Shown in pieces: positions 45,891-54,953 of a stretch of DNA of 64,000 nt. A model generated the notes under the pieces. The model was not told the origin of the DNA. It did not search any database and saw only the letters and a list, made by a program, of their open reading frames with translations. Source of the DNA: Bdellovibrionota bacterium (GTDB lineage: Bacteria > Bdellovibrionota_C > UBA2361 > OMII01); assembly GCA_044360195.1 (NCBI GenBank), contig JBIKKT010000015.1:429-64428 (forward strand), written 5' to 3'. The translations under genes and the position numbers were made by a program. Within the stretch, counting starts at the first letter, position 1. Each line of letters opens with the position of its first letter.

Positions 45891-46808
45891 ATGGCACCAT
45901 TCAACGAAGACCTCCCTAGATCCAAGCAAGTCGGTAAGAAAGCAATTTTTACTGCGCTTACTATTCTTAAAGAGAATGGTGGTCAGATGCGTGGTCGTGA
46001 AGCAATCGATGCTGTTGGTCGACGTCTTGATTTGGATAGCTGGGCACGGGAGCGTTATTCAAAGAGTGGCTATGTTCGATGGGAGTCGATTCTTCATTTC
46101 GAGACTATTGCTTGCGTCAAAGCTGGGTTCCTTATTAAGAAAAAGGGTTCGTGGTTCCTTACTCCTGAGGGCGAAGCAGCGATTGCGCTAGGGGAGGACT
46201 CTCTTTATTCGAAGGCAGCAGCGGCATACGCAATATGGAAGGCAAGTCTCCCTCGTGAAGTAGAGCAAGTTCAAACCGAAGAGGAGTCGTCTGCTGAAGA
46301 GCAAGCGATTGTCGATACAAACAAGGCGCTGGAGCAAACCGAGCAGCTCGCATACGATCAAATCGAAGGCTTCATTGATCGATTGAACGCCTACGAGTTT
46401 CAAGACCTCGTGGCAGCATTGTTGCGAGGGATGGGCTACTACACTCCGTTTGTGGCTCCGACGGGCAAGGATGGTGGTGTTGATATCGTTGCATATCGAG
46501 ATCCACTCGGTACTCAGACGCCTCGGATCAAAGTCCAAATCAAGCATCGAGACTCGACGGCACGAGTCGATGAGGTGCGACAGTTAATGGGATTACTTCA
46601 GAAAGACGGAGACGTTGGCATTTTCGTCTCTACGGGTGGTTTCACTCCAGACTGTCGTTCAACAGCCCGAGGTTCTCACGTTCATGTGGAGTTGATAGAC
46701 TTGAGTCGCTTTATCAATTTGTGGCAAGAATTTTACCCGAAGCTGACAGACGAGGATAAAGCTCGACTTCCATTGGTATCGATTTACTTCTTGGCTCCTC
46801 AAGACTAG
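45891..46808 (+). CDS. mrr: Mrr-family (type IV) restriction endonuclease
   Basis: N-terminal winged-helix (Mrr_N-like; KAG...KKG.W.LT.EG) and catalytic FQDLVA.LL..MGY, DGGVDI, VQIKH, FVSTGGFT. Confidence 0.92.
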   Translation: MAPFNEDLPRSKQVGKKAIFTALTILKENGGQMRGREAIDAVGRRLDLDSWARERYSKSGYVRWESILHFETIACVKAGFLIKKKGSWFLTPEGEAAIALGEDSLYSKAAAAYAIWKASLPREVEQVQTEEESSAEEQAIVDTNKALEQTEQLAYDQIEGFIDRLNAYEFQDLVAALLRGMGYYTPFVAPTGKDGGVDIVAYRDPLGTQTPRIKVQIKHRDSTARVDEVRQLMGLLQKDGDVGIFVSTGGFTPDCRSTARGSHVHVELIDLSRFINLWQEFYPKLTDEDKARLPLVSIYFLAPQD

Positions 46809-46815
46809 CTGGAAC

Positions 46816-47003
46816 GTTCTCATCCTATTCTCAGCTCGTGATTTTCTTGCTTCCTCAGAGTGCCTAAACTACATTCTCACCCTGCGAACTCAAAAAGAGC
46901 AGCAAGTGAGAACAAGCATTTACATCGGACTATTCTCACTCTGTTCTCATTGAGGGAGTGCGCTTGTAGGTAGTTGAAACGAGGCTGGAATCAGTTCGCA
47001 CAA
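46816..47003 (+). promoter_or_regulatory. Putative integrase arm-type binding sites (right end)
   Basis: TTCTCA at 46817, 46828, 46874, 46933 and 46944, plus inverted TGAGAA at 46907. GTTCGCACAA (46994-47003) is also present at the left end (26372-26381). Confidence 0.6.
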
Positions 47004-47007
47004 GCTT

Positions 47008-47059
47008 CTTAAAATCCCGGGATCGAAAGGTCGTGTCGGTTCGAGTCCGACCTTGGGCA
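47008..47059 (+). pseudogene. 3' half of the original host tRNA-Leu(TAA), beginning at attR
   Basis: CTTAAAA-TCCCG-GGATCGAAAGGTC-GT-GTCGGTTCGAGTCCGAC-CTTGGGC-A. Confidence 0.93.
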
Positions 47060-47110
47060 CTCTAAGCAGTTCAATTACCGAAGCCATCTGTGGTAAGACT
47101 GTAGCCGACG

Positions 47111-47896
47111 ATGGACTCAACGAATCCTGTGAATTTTAACTGGCTCCATTTTACGGAGCGCTGGGCGGACCTGGCTACCTCTCAGGGCCTGCAGCCGAAG
47201 GTTCTTGCTACCACTCCTGCGGGACCGCTCTTGGCGTGGGAGAAGGCGGGGAGGGGACCAACCGTATATATCTCAGCCGGAATACACGGTGATGAGCCAG
47301 CCGGTCCGCTGGCAGTCATGCAGCTGCTAGAAAGTGGGCTTTTTACTGCAGAGCTTAACTGGCGTATCTGTCCCGCGCTTAATCCGACAGGCCTCTCATT
47401 GGGGGTGAGAGACAATCACCTTGGGCTCGATCTAAACAGAGATTACTTCCTGCGGGTTAGTGCAGAGGTTACTGCCCACGCCCGCTGGATTGAAGATAGG
47501 CCCCCGCCCGATCTATTCCTCTCGCTGCACGAGGATTGGGAGGTCAATAAATTCTACCTCTATGAGATAAACACAGGAAACGATGAGCCCCACGTCGCTC
47601 GCGGCATTTTACGGGGTGTTTCTAAGCACTTCCAGCCTCAAGATTCAGCGCTTATTGATGACCACGCACCACGCGAGCCTGGATGGATCTTTCATGAGCC
47701 TGAACCTGATGAGCCGCATGGATGGCCGGAGGCGATATTTTTAGTTAAGCGCGGGTGTCCGCTCTCGTTTACATTTGAAACCCCTTCCGGTGCTCCTCTG
47801 CCGGATAGAGTTGCTGCGCACTGCACAGCGGTAGAGAGTGCTTTACTGTTAAAAGGCTTAATTCAGAAGGCCCGTATGGTTACCGAGGAATCGTAG
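47111..47896 (+). CDS. M14-family metallo-hydrolase (succinylglutamate desuccinylase/aspartoacylase-like)
   Basis: AGIHGDEPAG, NPTG, DLNRD, SLHED, TFETP. Confidence 0.88.
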   Translation: MDSTNPVNFNWLHFTERWADLATSQGLQPKVLATTPAGPLLAWEKAGRGPTVYISAGIHGDEPAGPLAVMQLLESGLFTAELNWRICPALNPTGLSLGVRDNHLGLDLNRDYFLRVSAEVTAHARWIEDRPPPDLFLSLHEDWEVNKFYLYEINTGNDEPHVARGILRGVSKHFQPQDSALIDDHAPREPGWIFHEPEPDEPHGWPEAIFLVKRGCPLSFTFETPSGAPLPDRVAAHCTAVESALLLKGLIQKARMVTEES

Positions 47897-47918
47897 AGCT
47901 CACAGCTTTATTATAAAG

Positions 47919-48305
47919 CTACGCTTCATCACTACTCGGCTCGGTGAACTCTACAATATCGGCTGTGATGACGATCTTCGGAATGGAGAAGAGAATTAGA
48001 TATATGCTCGACGAGTCCTGCGTTTGGTTTGCAAGAGCAACCGAGCGCCCTTCTAGTTTGTGGCCTACGGAGGTGTAGAGGTCCGACTTAGCGTCAGCAT
48101 AGTTCGGTGAGACGATCGGTATAAGCCCTAGAAGGTAAAATCCGACGCTCTTGCCCCGCGCTCCGGCCTTGAGAACTTTGTAGTTGTTCTCTTTTAGAGA
48201 CACCTCGGTTGCGGTCAACTGAGGCATGCTACCGCTCCGTTCGGCTACGCAGCCGGAAAGAAGTATGAGGGTAAGCATAGAGGCTATGATCTGTTTCATA
48301 TACAT
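47919..48305 (-). CDS. Lipoprotein (DUF6567-like)
   Basis: Lipobox LLSGC; V.L...NYKV, FYLLGLIP, ITADIVEF. Confidence 0.7.
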   Translation of the reverse strand: MYMKQIIASMLTLILLSGCVAERSGSMPQLTATEVSLKENNYKVLKAGARGKSVGFYLLGLIPIVSPNYADAKSDLYTSVGHKLEGRSVALANQTQDSSSIYLILFSIPKIVITADIVEFTEPSSDEA

Positions 48306-48348
48306 TCAACGTATCGTGCGCTGAATCTTGGAACAAGGAGAAAAGACG

Positions 48349-48864
48349 ATGGAACAGGGTAAATGTCTCCCGATCTCACCAGAGGTTCGAATTGGCCACG
48401 TGCACTTAAAAGTAACAGACCTCGACCGGTCAATCGGTTTCTATTCTGGCATTCTTGGCTTTGATGTAACGCAGAGGTTCGGTAAGACTGCGGCCTTTTT
48501 AGCAGTTGGTGGGTACCATCATCATATTGGCCTTAATACTTGGGAGAGTGAAGGAGATGTCCCGCCGCATGAAACTTCAACGGGTCCTTACCATACTGCA
48601 ATCTTGTATCCGTCTCGTCGCGACCTAGCTGACGCCTTGCAGAGATTGAATCGCGCAGGCGTTAAGGTAGAGGGTGTCGTTGACCACGGGGTCAGCGAAG
48701 CCCTCTACCTGAAGGATCCCGATGGAAACGGCGTTGAGCTCTACTGGGATAAGCCCCGAGATCGCTGGCCCCGCGCAGCCGACGGTGCCCTTCAGATGTA
48801 CACTCAGAGCTTGGACGCTAATGAGCTGCTGCGAGAGCTGCAAAGCGGCCCCATCACGAGATAG
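48349..48864 (+). CDS. VOC/glyoxalase family protein (catechol 2,3-dioxygenase-like)
   Basis: IGHVHLKV.DL, GGYHHHIGLNTW, DHGVSEALYL.DPDGNGVELY. Confidence 0.92.
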   Translation: MEQGKCLPISPEVRIGHVHLKVTDLDRSIGFYSGILGFDVTQRFGKTAAFLAVGGYHHHIGLNTWESEGDVPPHETSTGPYHTAILYPSRRDLADALQRLNRAGVKVEGVVDHGVSEALYLKDPDGNGVELYWDKPRDRWPRAADGALQMYTQSLDANELLRELQSGPITR

Positions 48865-48876
48865 CGAAGCTTGTTT

Positions 48877-49359
48877 TTATCTGCCCGGTCGCTTTGGAGG
48901 CCGCCCTGAATTCCCTGGCGACCGCTGCGACGGACCCGACTCTTGGGGCGTTGGTGGGACCGGGGTATCCATGATGGGAGGTTCCTCCGGCGGTGAATCC
49001 TCAGGGAAGTAGCAGGTCTCCTCCTCGGCCGCCCTAAGTTCAGGCCGCAGTGCACGCCACAGCTCTCGCTCAATCAGGCCAGCTCGACCAAGAGCCTTAA
49101 GGCCTGGAAGAATTCGGGCCGAGGCGCGACGGAAGCAGCGCCGGCATGATTCCTCATCAAACTCATCATCACAGCGATTCACCACAAAGTCAGCAGCAGT
49201 CTGGATTGAGATGTACTTTCCGTCAGAAAAGCATGATAGCTGCTCAAGAGCTGCCTCCACCTCATCAATTGTGCAGGCCTCCTGCGACGAGCCAGACGAA
49301 GGCAGTGCCACAACTAAACTACAGCCGATAGCGAGTACAAAGTTCTTTACTTTTTTCAT
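48877..49359 (-). CDS. Secreted cysteine-containing protein with Pro-rich tail
   Basis: Signal peptide MKKVKNFVLAIG..., six further Cys residues, PPEEPP..PPTP tail. Confidence 0.65.
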   Translation of the reverse strand: MKKVKNFVLAIGCSLVVALPSSGSSQEACTIDEVEAALEQLSCFSDGKYISIQTAADFVVNRCDDEFDEESCRRCFRRASARILPGLKALGRAGLIERELWRALRPELRAAEEETCYFPEDSPPEEPPIMDTPVPPTPQESGPSQRSPGNSGRPPKRPGR

Positions 49360-49559
49360 ACCTATAGGCGCTCCGGATATCAGGTCTTTCAATCCATGTT
49401 GCAAGGAGCAAACCAACTAACAACCACTACCCTGCTGTAGGCACTTGGGCATTAACTGCCCGGAGGGGCGTCAAGCATAGGACCGGGATGAGGCTCGCGA
49501 ACTGGAAAGTGGGGTAATGTACTCACTAGAAAGTGCAGAGCTAAAGCTCTGTAGGTGTT

Positions 49560-50726
49560 TTGCCGATAGCAGGGGTGATGTCGTCGTATATGGAAATTGC
49601 CACTCTCATTCTCGTCCTAGGAATCATCCTAATCTCTCAAATCTTCTTGATGGAGCAGAGGCTCAGACGCGAGGCGTCCGACCAGGCCCGTGAAGGAGGT
49701 CAGTGGCGTGAGGAGCTACGCACGGTAATTGACGGAAAGCTTGAACTGATGCGGGGTATACTCGACCAGCGGATTCGAGACCTACAGGTATCAAATGAAA
49801 CAAAACTAGAGCAGATGCGCTCAACGGTAGACGAGAAGCTACAGAGCACGCTCGAGCGGCGCCTTGGTGAATCATTTCGGCAGGTAAGCGAACATCTTGC
49901 CTCAGTGCAGCGAGGGCTGGGAGAGATGCAGAACTTGGCCCAAGGGGTTGGGAGCCTCAATCGTGTGCTGGGTAATGTAAAATCACGTGGCATATTTGGT
50001 GAAACCCAGCTCGAGTTGATCCTCTCTGATATGCTCGCGCCTCAACAGTACTGCCGCGAATTTAGTCCGCAAGGTAACGGTGAGCGGGTTGAGTTTGCAG
50101 TGAGGCTGCCTTCGCAAGCAGAGCCCGGTGCCAGCGAGACGTTTATACCGATCGATGCAAAATTCCCGAGAGAAGACTACGAGCGCATGGTAGCTGCGTC
50201 TGAGATAAGCGACCGCGAAGCGCTTGAGAGTGCACGCCGCGCATTGCTCAGGCGACTTGAGGATTCGGCTGCAGAGATATCCTCTAAATACATCGTACCA
50301 CCAGTAACCACAAACTTTGCCTTGATGTTTCTTGCAACTGAAGGGCTGTATGCAGAGGTACTGCGGGAACCAGGATTTCAGGAGCGTCTGCAAAGGGAAT
50401 ATCGCGTGATCGTTACCGGCCCCGCAACGCTGTCGGCGATCCTAACCAGCCTGGCAGTTGGGTTCCAGACGCTTGCTATTGAGCAGCGATCGGGTGAGAT
50501 ACGCCGCGTGCTAGGCGAGGTAAGAAACGAATTCGGGCGCTTCGCCCTAGTATTGGCCAAAGTCCAGAAGCAACTCGGCACGGCATCACGCTCAATAGAT
50601 GATACGTTTCGTAGAACGCAGAAGATGGAGCGAGCACTTCGCGGGGTTGACGGCGCAGCGCAGCCACTTGCGACAGAGGTATTTGAAGTTGATGAGCTAG
50701 ACGACGGCGACCAGCCGACGGTATAG
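49560..50726 (+). CDS. rmuC: DNA recombination protein RmuC
   Basis: TVDEKL..TLE.RLGESF, NVKSRG.FGE.QL, IPIDAKFP.EDY, KYI.PP.TT.FA.MFL.TEGLYAE. Confidence 0.95.
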   Translation: MPIAGVMSSYMEIATLILVLGIILISQIFLMEQRLRREASDQAREGGQWREELRTVIDGKLELMRGILDQRIRDLQVSNETKLEQMRSTVDEKLQSTLERRLGESFRQVSEHLASVQRGLGEMQNLAQGVGSLNRVLGNVKSRGIFGETQLELILSDMLAPQQYCREFSPQGNGERVEFAVRLPSQAEPGASETFIPIDAKFPREDYERMVAASEISDREALESARRALLRRLEDSAAEISSKYIVPPVTTNFALMFLATEGLYAEVLREPGFQERLQREYRVIVTGPATLSAILTSLAVGFQTLAIEQRSGEIRRVLGEVRNEFGRFALVLAKVQKQLGTASRSIDDTFRRTQKMERALRGVDGAAQPLATEVFEVDELDDGDQPTV

Positions 50727-50751
50727 GGGTAAAAACCAACGAAGGCTCTTC

Positions 50752-51162
50752 TCACAACTTCTTAATAACCGCAACAAACTCTCTAAAGTCACCGAGGCGG
50801 TCCTTAATTATGGAAGTGACGATTTGTAGATCGAGCGTCTGATATTCATGTACGGCTAGGTTTCGGAAGCCGACCATCTTTTTAAGTCGACCACTAAGGT
50901 CCGCATCGATATATCCAGCGTTAGCTAATAGGTCCAACGTTTCGCGACTACTGCGTGGTACCCCTAGTCGATGGGCGCGGATAAGGTGTGTTGCTAAATC
51001 TAGTAACACCTCGCAAGCACGCTGAAGATTGAGCATGACAGCGTCCTGCTTTGTGAGGTCAGAGAGTATCACTTCGGGATCTGCTTGGACGACCTCGTGG
51101 ATACGGTTTAAACACCGTTCAATCGAAGCGCATTTATTGATAACTATATCGTCTACAACCAC
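50752..51162 (-). CDS. HEPN (DUF86/HepT-like) toxin
   Basis: MVGFRNLAVHEY matches the RX4HXY motif. Confidence 0.92.
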   Translation of the reverse strand: MVVDDIVINKCASIERCLNRIHEVVQADPEVILSDLTKQDAVMLNLQRACEVLLDLATHLIRAHRLGVPRSSRETLDLLANAGYIDADLSGRLKKMVGFRNLAVHEYQTLDLQIVTSIIKDRLGDFREFVAVIKKL

Positions 51163-51165
51163 CGC

Positions 51166-51561
51166 CTACGAACCCCCAGAATAGAAATCTTCAAGGATGC
51201 CCCGTCTAAGCTCATTCAGCCGTATATAGTCTGACAGTGCATACATCTCAAATTCAGCAACCCTTTGGGGGGATGCCGCGTGCAGTAATCCACCCTTGTC
51301 GATGACCTGCATCTTAACGGTGTCGTTCGCATCCCACAGGTCAACCAAGTCAACCTCTTTCTTGAGCCCATCCGATAATGCACCCGCGATGCGAACACGC
51401 TCATCAAATGCCAGCCTAGAGCCTGCTCTGATCGCAACGTCAACATCGCTGTTGTCTGTTGCTGTACCCGCAAACTGCGATCCAAAAAGGTATGCTAATT
51501 CAAGCGTCGGGACGTTCGCGCGCAAAATCGATACGATCAAGCCAGTATCCATACAACTCAC
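51166..51561 (-). CDS. Minimal nucleotidyltransferase (MntA-like) antitoxin
   Basis: YLFGS...G.....SDVD.A and VDLVDL; directly upstream of the HEPN gene. Confidence 0.92.
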   Translation of the reverse strand: MSCMDTGLIVSILRANVPTLELAYLFGSQFAGTATDNSDVDVAIRAGSRLAFDERVRIAGALSDGLKKEVDLVDLWDANDTVKMQVIDKGGLLHAASPQRVAEFEMYALSDYIRLNELRRGILEDFYSGGS

Positions 51562-51621
51562 TAGTGTATCATCAACCGCGGGTTCCAGTAACCACCATAT
51601 TTCGTTAAGGTCAACCGGGCA

Positions 51622-53235
51622 TCAAAGCACCGAAGACACCTCAAGATCCTCATCGGGCTGGTCACCTGGTCCGCTCGGCGGGGTACTATCTGATGACCTG
51701 ATACTAGGTGCCTTGAAAGAATCTGGAGCTGGCAACTTTAGCAGCGATGCACGCAGCTCCTGACGGAGCTTTCGGAGGGAATCTGCCGAGCGCTCCTCAG
51801 AAGCAACGCTCAGGGGGATTCTCTTACTCTTAAGCAGCTTTCGTAACCTCTCGAGCTCTTTTGTGCCAGATGCCTGAGGCTGAACAGCAACCACACCAGA
51901 CACTTTTAGCCGTGAGCTCCCAGCGCCAACCGAATGTATTGCTCGCGGAATTATCTTGCGGCCAGAGTCGTCCAACGAAAGAAGTGCAACTGCGCCGGGT
52001 GTAGAGGCTAGCTGCTTTGGCGAAATAACCTCCTGAAGATCGATTGAGAGGTCAATTGCGGCCTGCCCACTTGACTCAAAAAAGCAGAAAGAGAAACGTG
52101 AACGGATAGTTGAATCGGACAGGAGTTGGCCTATCGTATCGCGGTAGCGCTCGAGGGACTTGGCCGTTCCAAGAGCGATAACCGAGGTAGTAGCAGCAGA
52201 CGGAACACTCAGGCAGTTAAGATGAGGCGGAGCGGCGACGTCCTCTTGAGGAGAGAGCGAAAGCGTAGAGGTGGCAGAGCCAAAGTCTGCTGCCAGCGGA
52301 AGGTCACGTCCCTTCACGGCGACAACCTCGCGCTGGTAAGCGTCGTAGACTGAGAGGATAGCGTCCACCTTATCGCGTGTCTTTAACGGCGAGAATGAGA
52401 GTACAAAGGTTAGCGGGCTACACACACCGACATCGTCCTGCGAAAGGGTAAAGATGCGGCACCCAGAGGCAGCAAGCCCAACACCGGCGCGTCGTGTATT
52501 GGCGCCCGCGGCTGAGGTGTGCTTAGCAAACGAAAGTTCCCAGTCAGAGAGAAAGAGTGGTCCGTTACCACCCTTTACCATAAGGGAATATCTGGTTCGC
52601 GACAGATCTGGTGCTTTCCATGAGTCAATTTGGAGCGCGTCAACTACAGCCCGGGTCGCCTCCGAGTACTTAATGTTAAGTAGTGTGCAGTGACTATTAA
52701 ACGCGGAGGAACATCCATCATCAAGGAGTGCTTCAAGCGCGATATCAGCCGACCGGAGGTACGCGGCAAGCGAACCTGCGGGCGAGATAACGTGCAGCTT
52801 AGCGCCATGACGGTACCACAGCTCGCTAAGCGCAAGAGCTCGTCCTTCGTTTGAACTGGCATTTTTGAGCTCAGTGCTTTCCTCAAGTGCCTCAAGATTT
52901 GGAGCCTCTGTCCCTAAACCTATCGAGCTAAGAAGGGTAGTGGTCTCTTGGCTAAGCTCGGTTGGGTCGCGCTCAACTTCAGGCTCAAGCGAGCCTCCCA
53001 TGCCAAACGAACCGAGGCCACATCCTGCTGGAAATATGGATACTGTGAGCAGTGTGACGGCCGCAAAGACGCGCCGGGCCAGCAGGGTAATCACAGCAGA
53101 ATAGTTACACGACGACGACATGAGGCCGGGTATATCACATACGGCTCTGTCTGCATATTTACTTCGCGCTCTATGAGCCAACTTCTCCCCACCGGCATTC
53201 GGGGTAGGGTATATCGGTATGGAACGGATCGACAC
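51622..53235 (-). CDS. Hypothetical lipoprotein (real start probably ~120 nt downstream)
   Basis: Hydrophobic stretch ending FPAGC. Distant resemblance to alpha/beta-hydrolase-type lipoproteins, but no intact nucleophile motif. Confidence 0.6.
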   Translation of the reverse strand: MSIRSIPIYPTPNAGGEKLAHRARSKYADRAVCDIPGLMSSSCNYSAVITLLARRVFAAVTLLTVSIFPAGCGLGSFGMGGSLEPEVERDPTELSQETTTLLSSIGLGTEAPNLEALEESTELKNASSNEGRALALSELWYRHGAKLHVISPAGSLAAYLRSADIALEALLDDGCSSAFNSHCTLLNIKYSEATRAVVDALQIDSWKAPDLSRTRYSLMVKGGNGPLFLSDWELSFAKHTSAAGANTRRAGVGLAASGCRIFTLSQDDVGVCSPLTFVLSFSPLKTRDKVDAILSVYDAYQREVVAVKGRDLPLAADFGSATSTLSLSPQEDVAAPPHLNCLSVPSAATTSVIALGTAKSLERYRDTIGQLLSDSTIRSRFSFCFFESSGQAAIDLSIDLQEVISPKQLASTPGAVALLSLDDSGRKIIPRAIHSVGAGSSRLKVSGVVAVQPQASGTKELERLRKLLKSKRIPLSVASEERSADSLRKLRQELRASLLKLPAPDSFKAPSIRSSDSTPPSGPGDQPDEDLEVSSVL

Positions 53236-53258
53236 AACAGAGCAGGGGACAACCGCGT

Positions 53259-53780
53259 ATGGCTACAACAGATGCTACAGGAAGTGAGAAGAGAACCGAG
53301 GTATACACGGTCGAGCAGTCGGGCGCAGGACCCCTTGAACATGAGGCGTTTCTCTCCCTGGTACGGACCGCAAGCAGATTAGAGGGTGAGCTTAACCGCC
53401 TCTTTCGCTCATACGAACTTACTAATGCAACATACAACATCTTACGCGCTCTTGAGCCCTTTGGCGTTCAGGGGTTGTCGTGCGGCGATATCGCTCAGCG
53501 CCTTATTGCGGAGGTGCCCGATATGACACGCCTGCTCGACCGGCTTGAACGGCTTGGGTACGTCGATAGACACAGGAGCGAAGTAGACCGGCGAATGGTG
53601 AAAGTTACCCTCACGGCGAAGGGGAGTAGCGTGCTTGGTGAATTGAAAGGTCCGGTTGAGGAGTGCCACAAGCGGCAGATGAATGCGTTAGACCGGAATA
53701 AGCTTCAAGAGCTGCTCTCTCTTTTGAAACAGGTCTCGGTTACTCCGGGAGAGGGTGCGCGGCTAGGTGGTACGCTGTAG
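53259..53780 (+). CDS. MarR family transcriptional regulator
   Basis: LT...YNILR.L, PDMTRLLDRLE..GYV.R.RS..DRR.V.V.LT.KG. Confidence 0.95.
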   Translation: MATTDATGSEKRTEVYTVEQSGAGPLEHEAFLSLVRTASRLEGELNRLFRSYELTNATYNILRALEPFGVQGLSCGDIAQRLIAEVPDMTRLLDRLERLGYVDRHRSEVDRRMVKVTLTAKGSSVLGELKGPVEECHKRQMNALDRNKLQELLSLLKQVSVTPGEGARLGGTL

Positions 53781-53932
53781 GTCGAGGTGCACGCAAGGCG
53801 CAGAAAGAGCAGAGAATACAGTACGCCTCCTCTTCCGTTCTTGCGGAGCTCTGAGCGGCTGATAGCAGCCTCTCAGAGCTCTCTCAAAACTACCTAGCCA
53901 ACCACAAGCTGTAGCTGGGCGGTGAAAGTACC

Positions 53933-54850
53933 CTACGTTTCCACAACCCTGGAAACGATACCGCAGATCCTCCCCTCCTTAGTTTCTCCAAGGATTAAGA
54001 GGTCCTGGTCGATCTCACCGAATGTGTAGGCGCGTAGTGACTTCAAATTATCCTCAAGGATGCTACGCAGGGAGTCAAAACGTTTAGCGCGCGCTCGCTC
54101 CTGTGCGTCGGTGCTGTCTAACGCTCTTGAAACCCACCCAAAAAGCTGAGCGATTGACCTAACAGACCCCGGCACCGCTGGGAGCTCCCCGATCTGCTTC
54201 TGCATCTGCGCCTTAGTAAACGGCCATAGCGGGTTCTTCGGAAAACATACCACACCGATCGGGAAATCGGACTCGCTCATCCACTGAAGCCCCTCGACGG
54301 CTGTGGTAAGCGCCTTCACCGCCGCGATACCTCCATTGTCTGGGGTGCCCCGAGCGATCCAGCGATTGAGTGCGACCTTAGCCTCTGTCGATAAAGGTGT
54401 ACGTGATGCCCACTGAGATAACTCATAGGAGCGGACTGGGTTTGGCTTGGAGCCGAGGATGGAGAGTAGAAAGTCTGCGTCCTCTTTCGATAATCTGCGG
54501 TTTCCGCGCACACCACGCAGCCACTCAGAGGTAAGGCGAAATGCCTCAACCCTACGAAGATTTATAGCCTTTCCACTTAGTGCGCTCGTTGATCGAGCGA
54601 GCCACAGGTCAGCGGTAGACTGCGCCTCGGCGCTCAAGGAACGGCGAGTGTTGAACAGCGCTGCGCGCGCAAACTCAGCCTCCTGCTTGGTCATCCCCGG
54701 ACCATCTAGCTCAAAAGCAGCTAAGGCTAGCTGCATCTCTGACTTTGAGACCGTGCGTTCCAGGTCAAAGCCCATTGGGGAGCGGGCAAAGCCTAACAGC
54801 AGCGAAAAAAGTGTGGTGACGGTGAACACGGTATTCATAAAGACCTCCAA
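53933..54850 (-). CDS. Secreted protein with C-terminal nuclease A inhibitor (NuiA)-like domain
   Basis: GLQWMSESDFP...RF..L...LEDNL..L.AY.FGEI.....LG....G...G....VVET matches NuiA. N-terminal signal-like segment. Confidence 0.8.
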   Translation of the reverse strand: MEVFMNTVFTVTTLFSLLLGFARSPMGFDLERTVSKSEMQLALAAFELDGPGMTKQEAEFARAALFNTRRSLSAEAQSTADLWLARSTSALSGKAINLRRVEAFRLTSEWLRGVRGNRRLSKEDADFLLSILGSKPNPVRSYELSQWASRTPLSTEAKVALNRWIARGTPDNGGIAAVKALTTAVEGLQWMSESDFPIGVVCFPKNPLWPFTKAQMQKQIGELPAVPGSVRSIAQLFGWVSRALDSTDAQERARAKRFDSLRSILEDNLKSLRAYTFGEIDQDLLILGETKEGRICGIVSRVVET

Positions 54851-54953
54851 AAGTTAATAGACCGATGATGGCTGTTAATCGGTAGAGGGCTGAGAAAGTT
54901 GCGTCATGCGTGTTCAGGCTTAGTGGGGTAATACAAGCTAACCCCGGAAGCCG

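Larger units (their letters stand above)
26144..47014. mobile_element. Integrative genomic (defence) island, ~20.9 kb, inserted in the tRNA-Leu anticodon loop
   Basis: 7-bp direct repeat CTTAAAA at 26144-26150 and 47008-47014 joins the two tRNA halves. Adjacent tyrosine integrase, TTCTCA motif clusters at both ends, visibly more AT-rich cargo, defence genes. Confidence 0.93.

Noticed and set aside
26144-47014. Prophage or ICE
   Set aside because: No capsid, terminase, tail, relaxase or T4SS genes are recognisable.
26113-47059. Trans-spliced/split tRNA or giant tRNA intron
   Set aside because: The 7-bp duplication, adjacent integrase and arm-like repeats indicate site-specific integration. 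No intron core or complementary leader/trailer links the halves.
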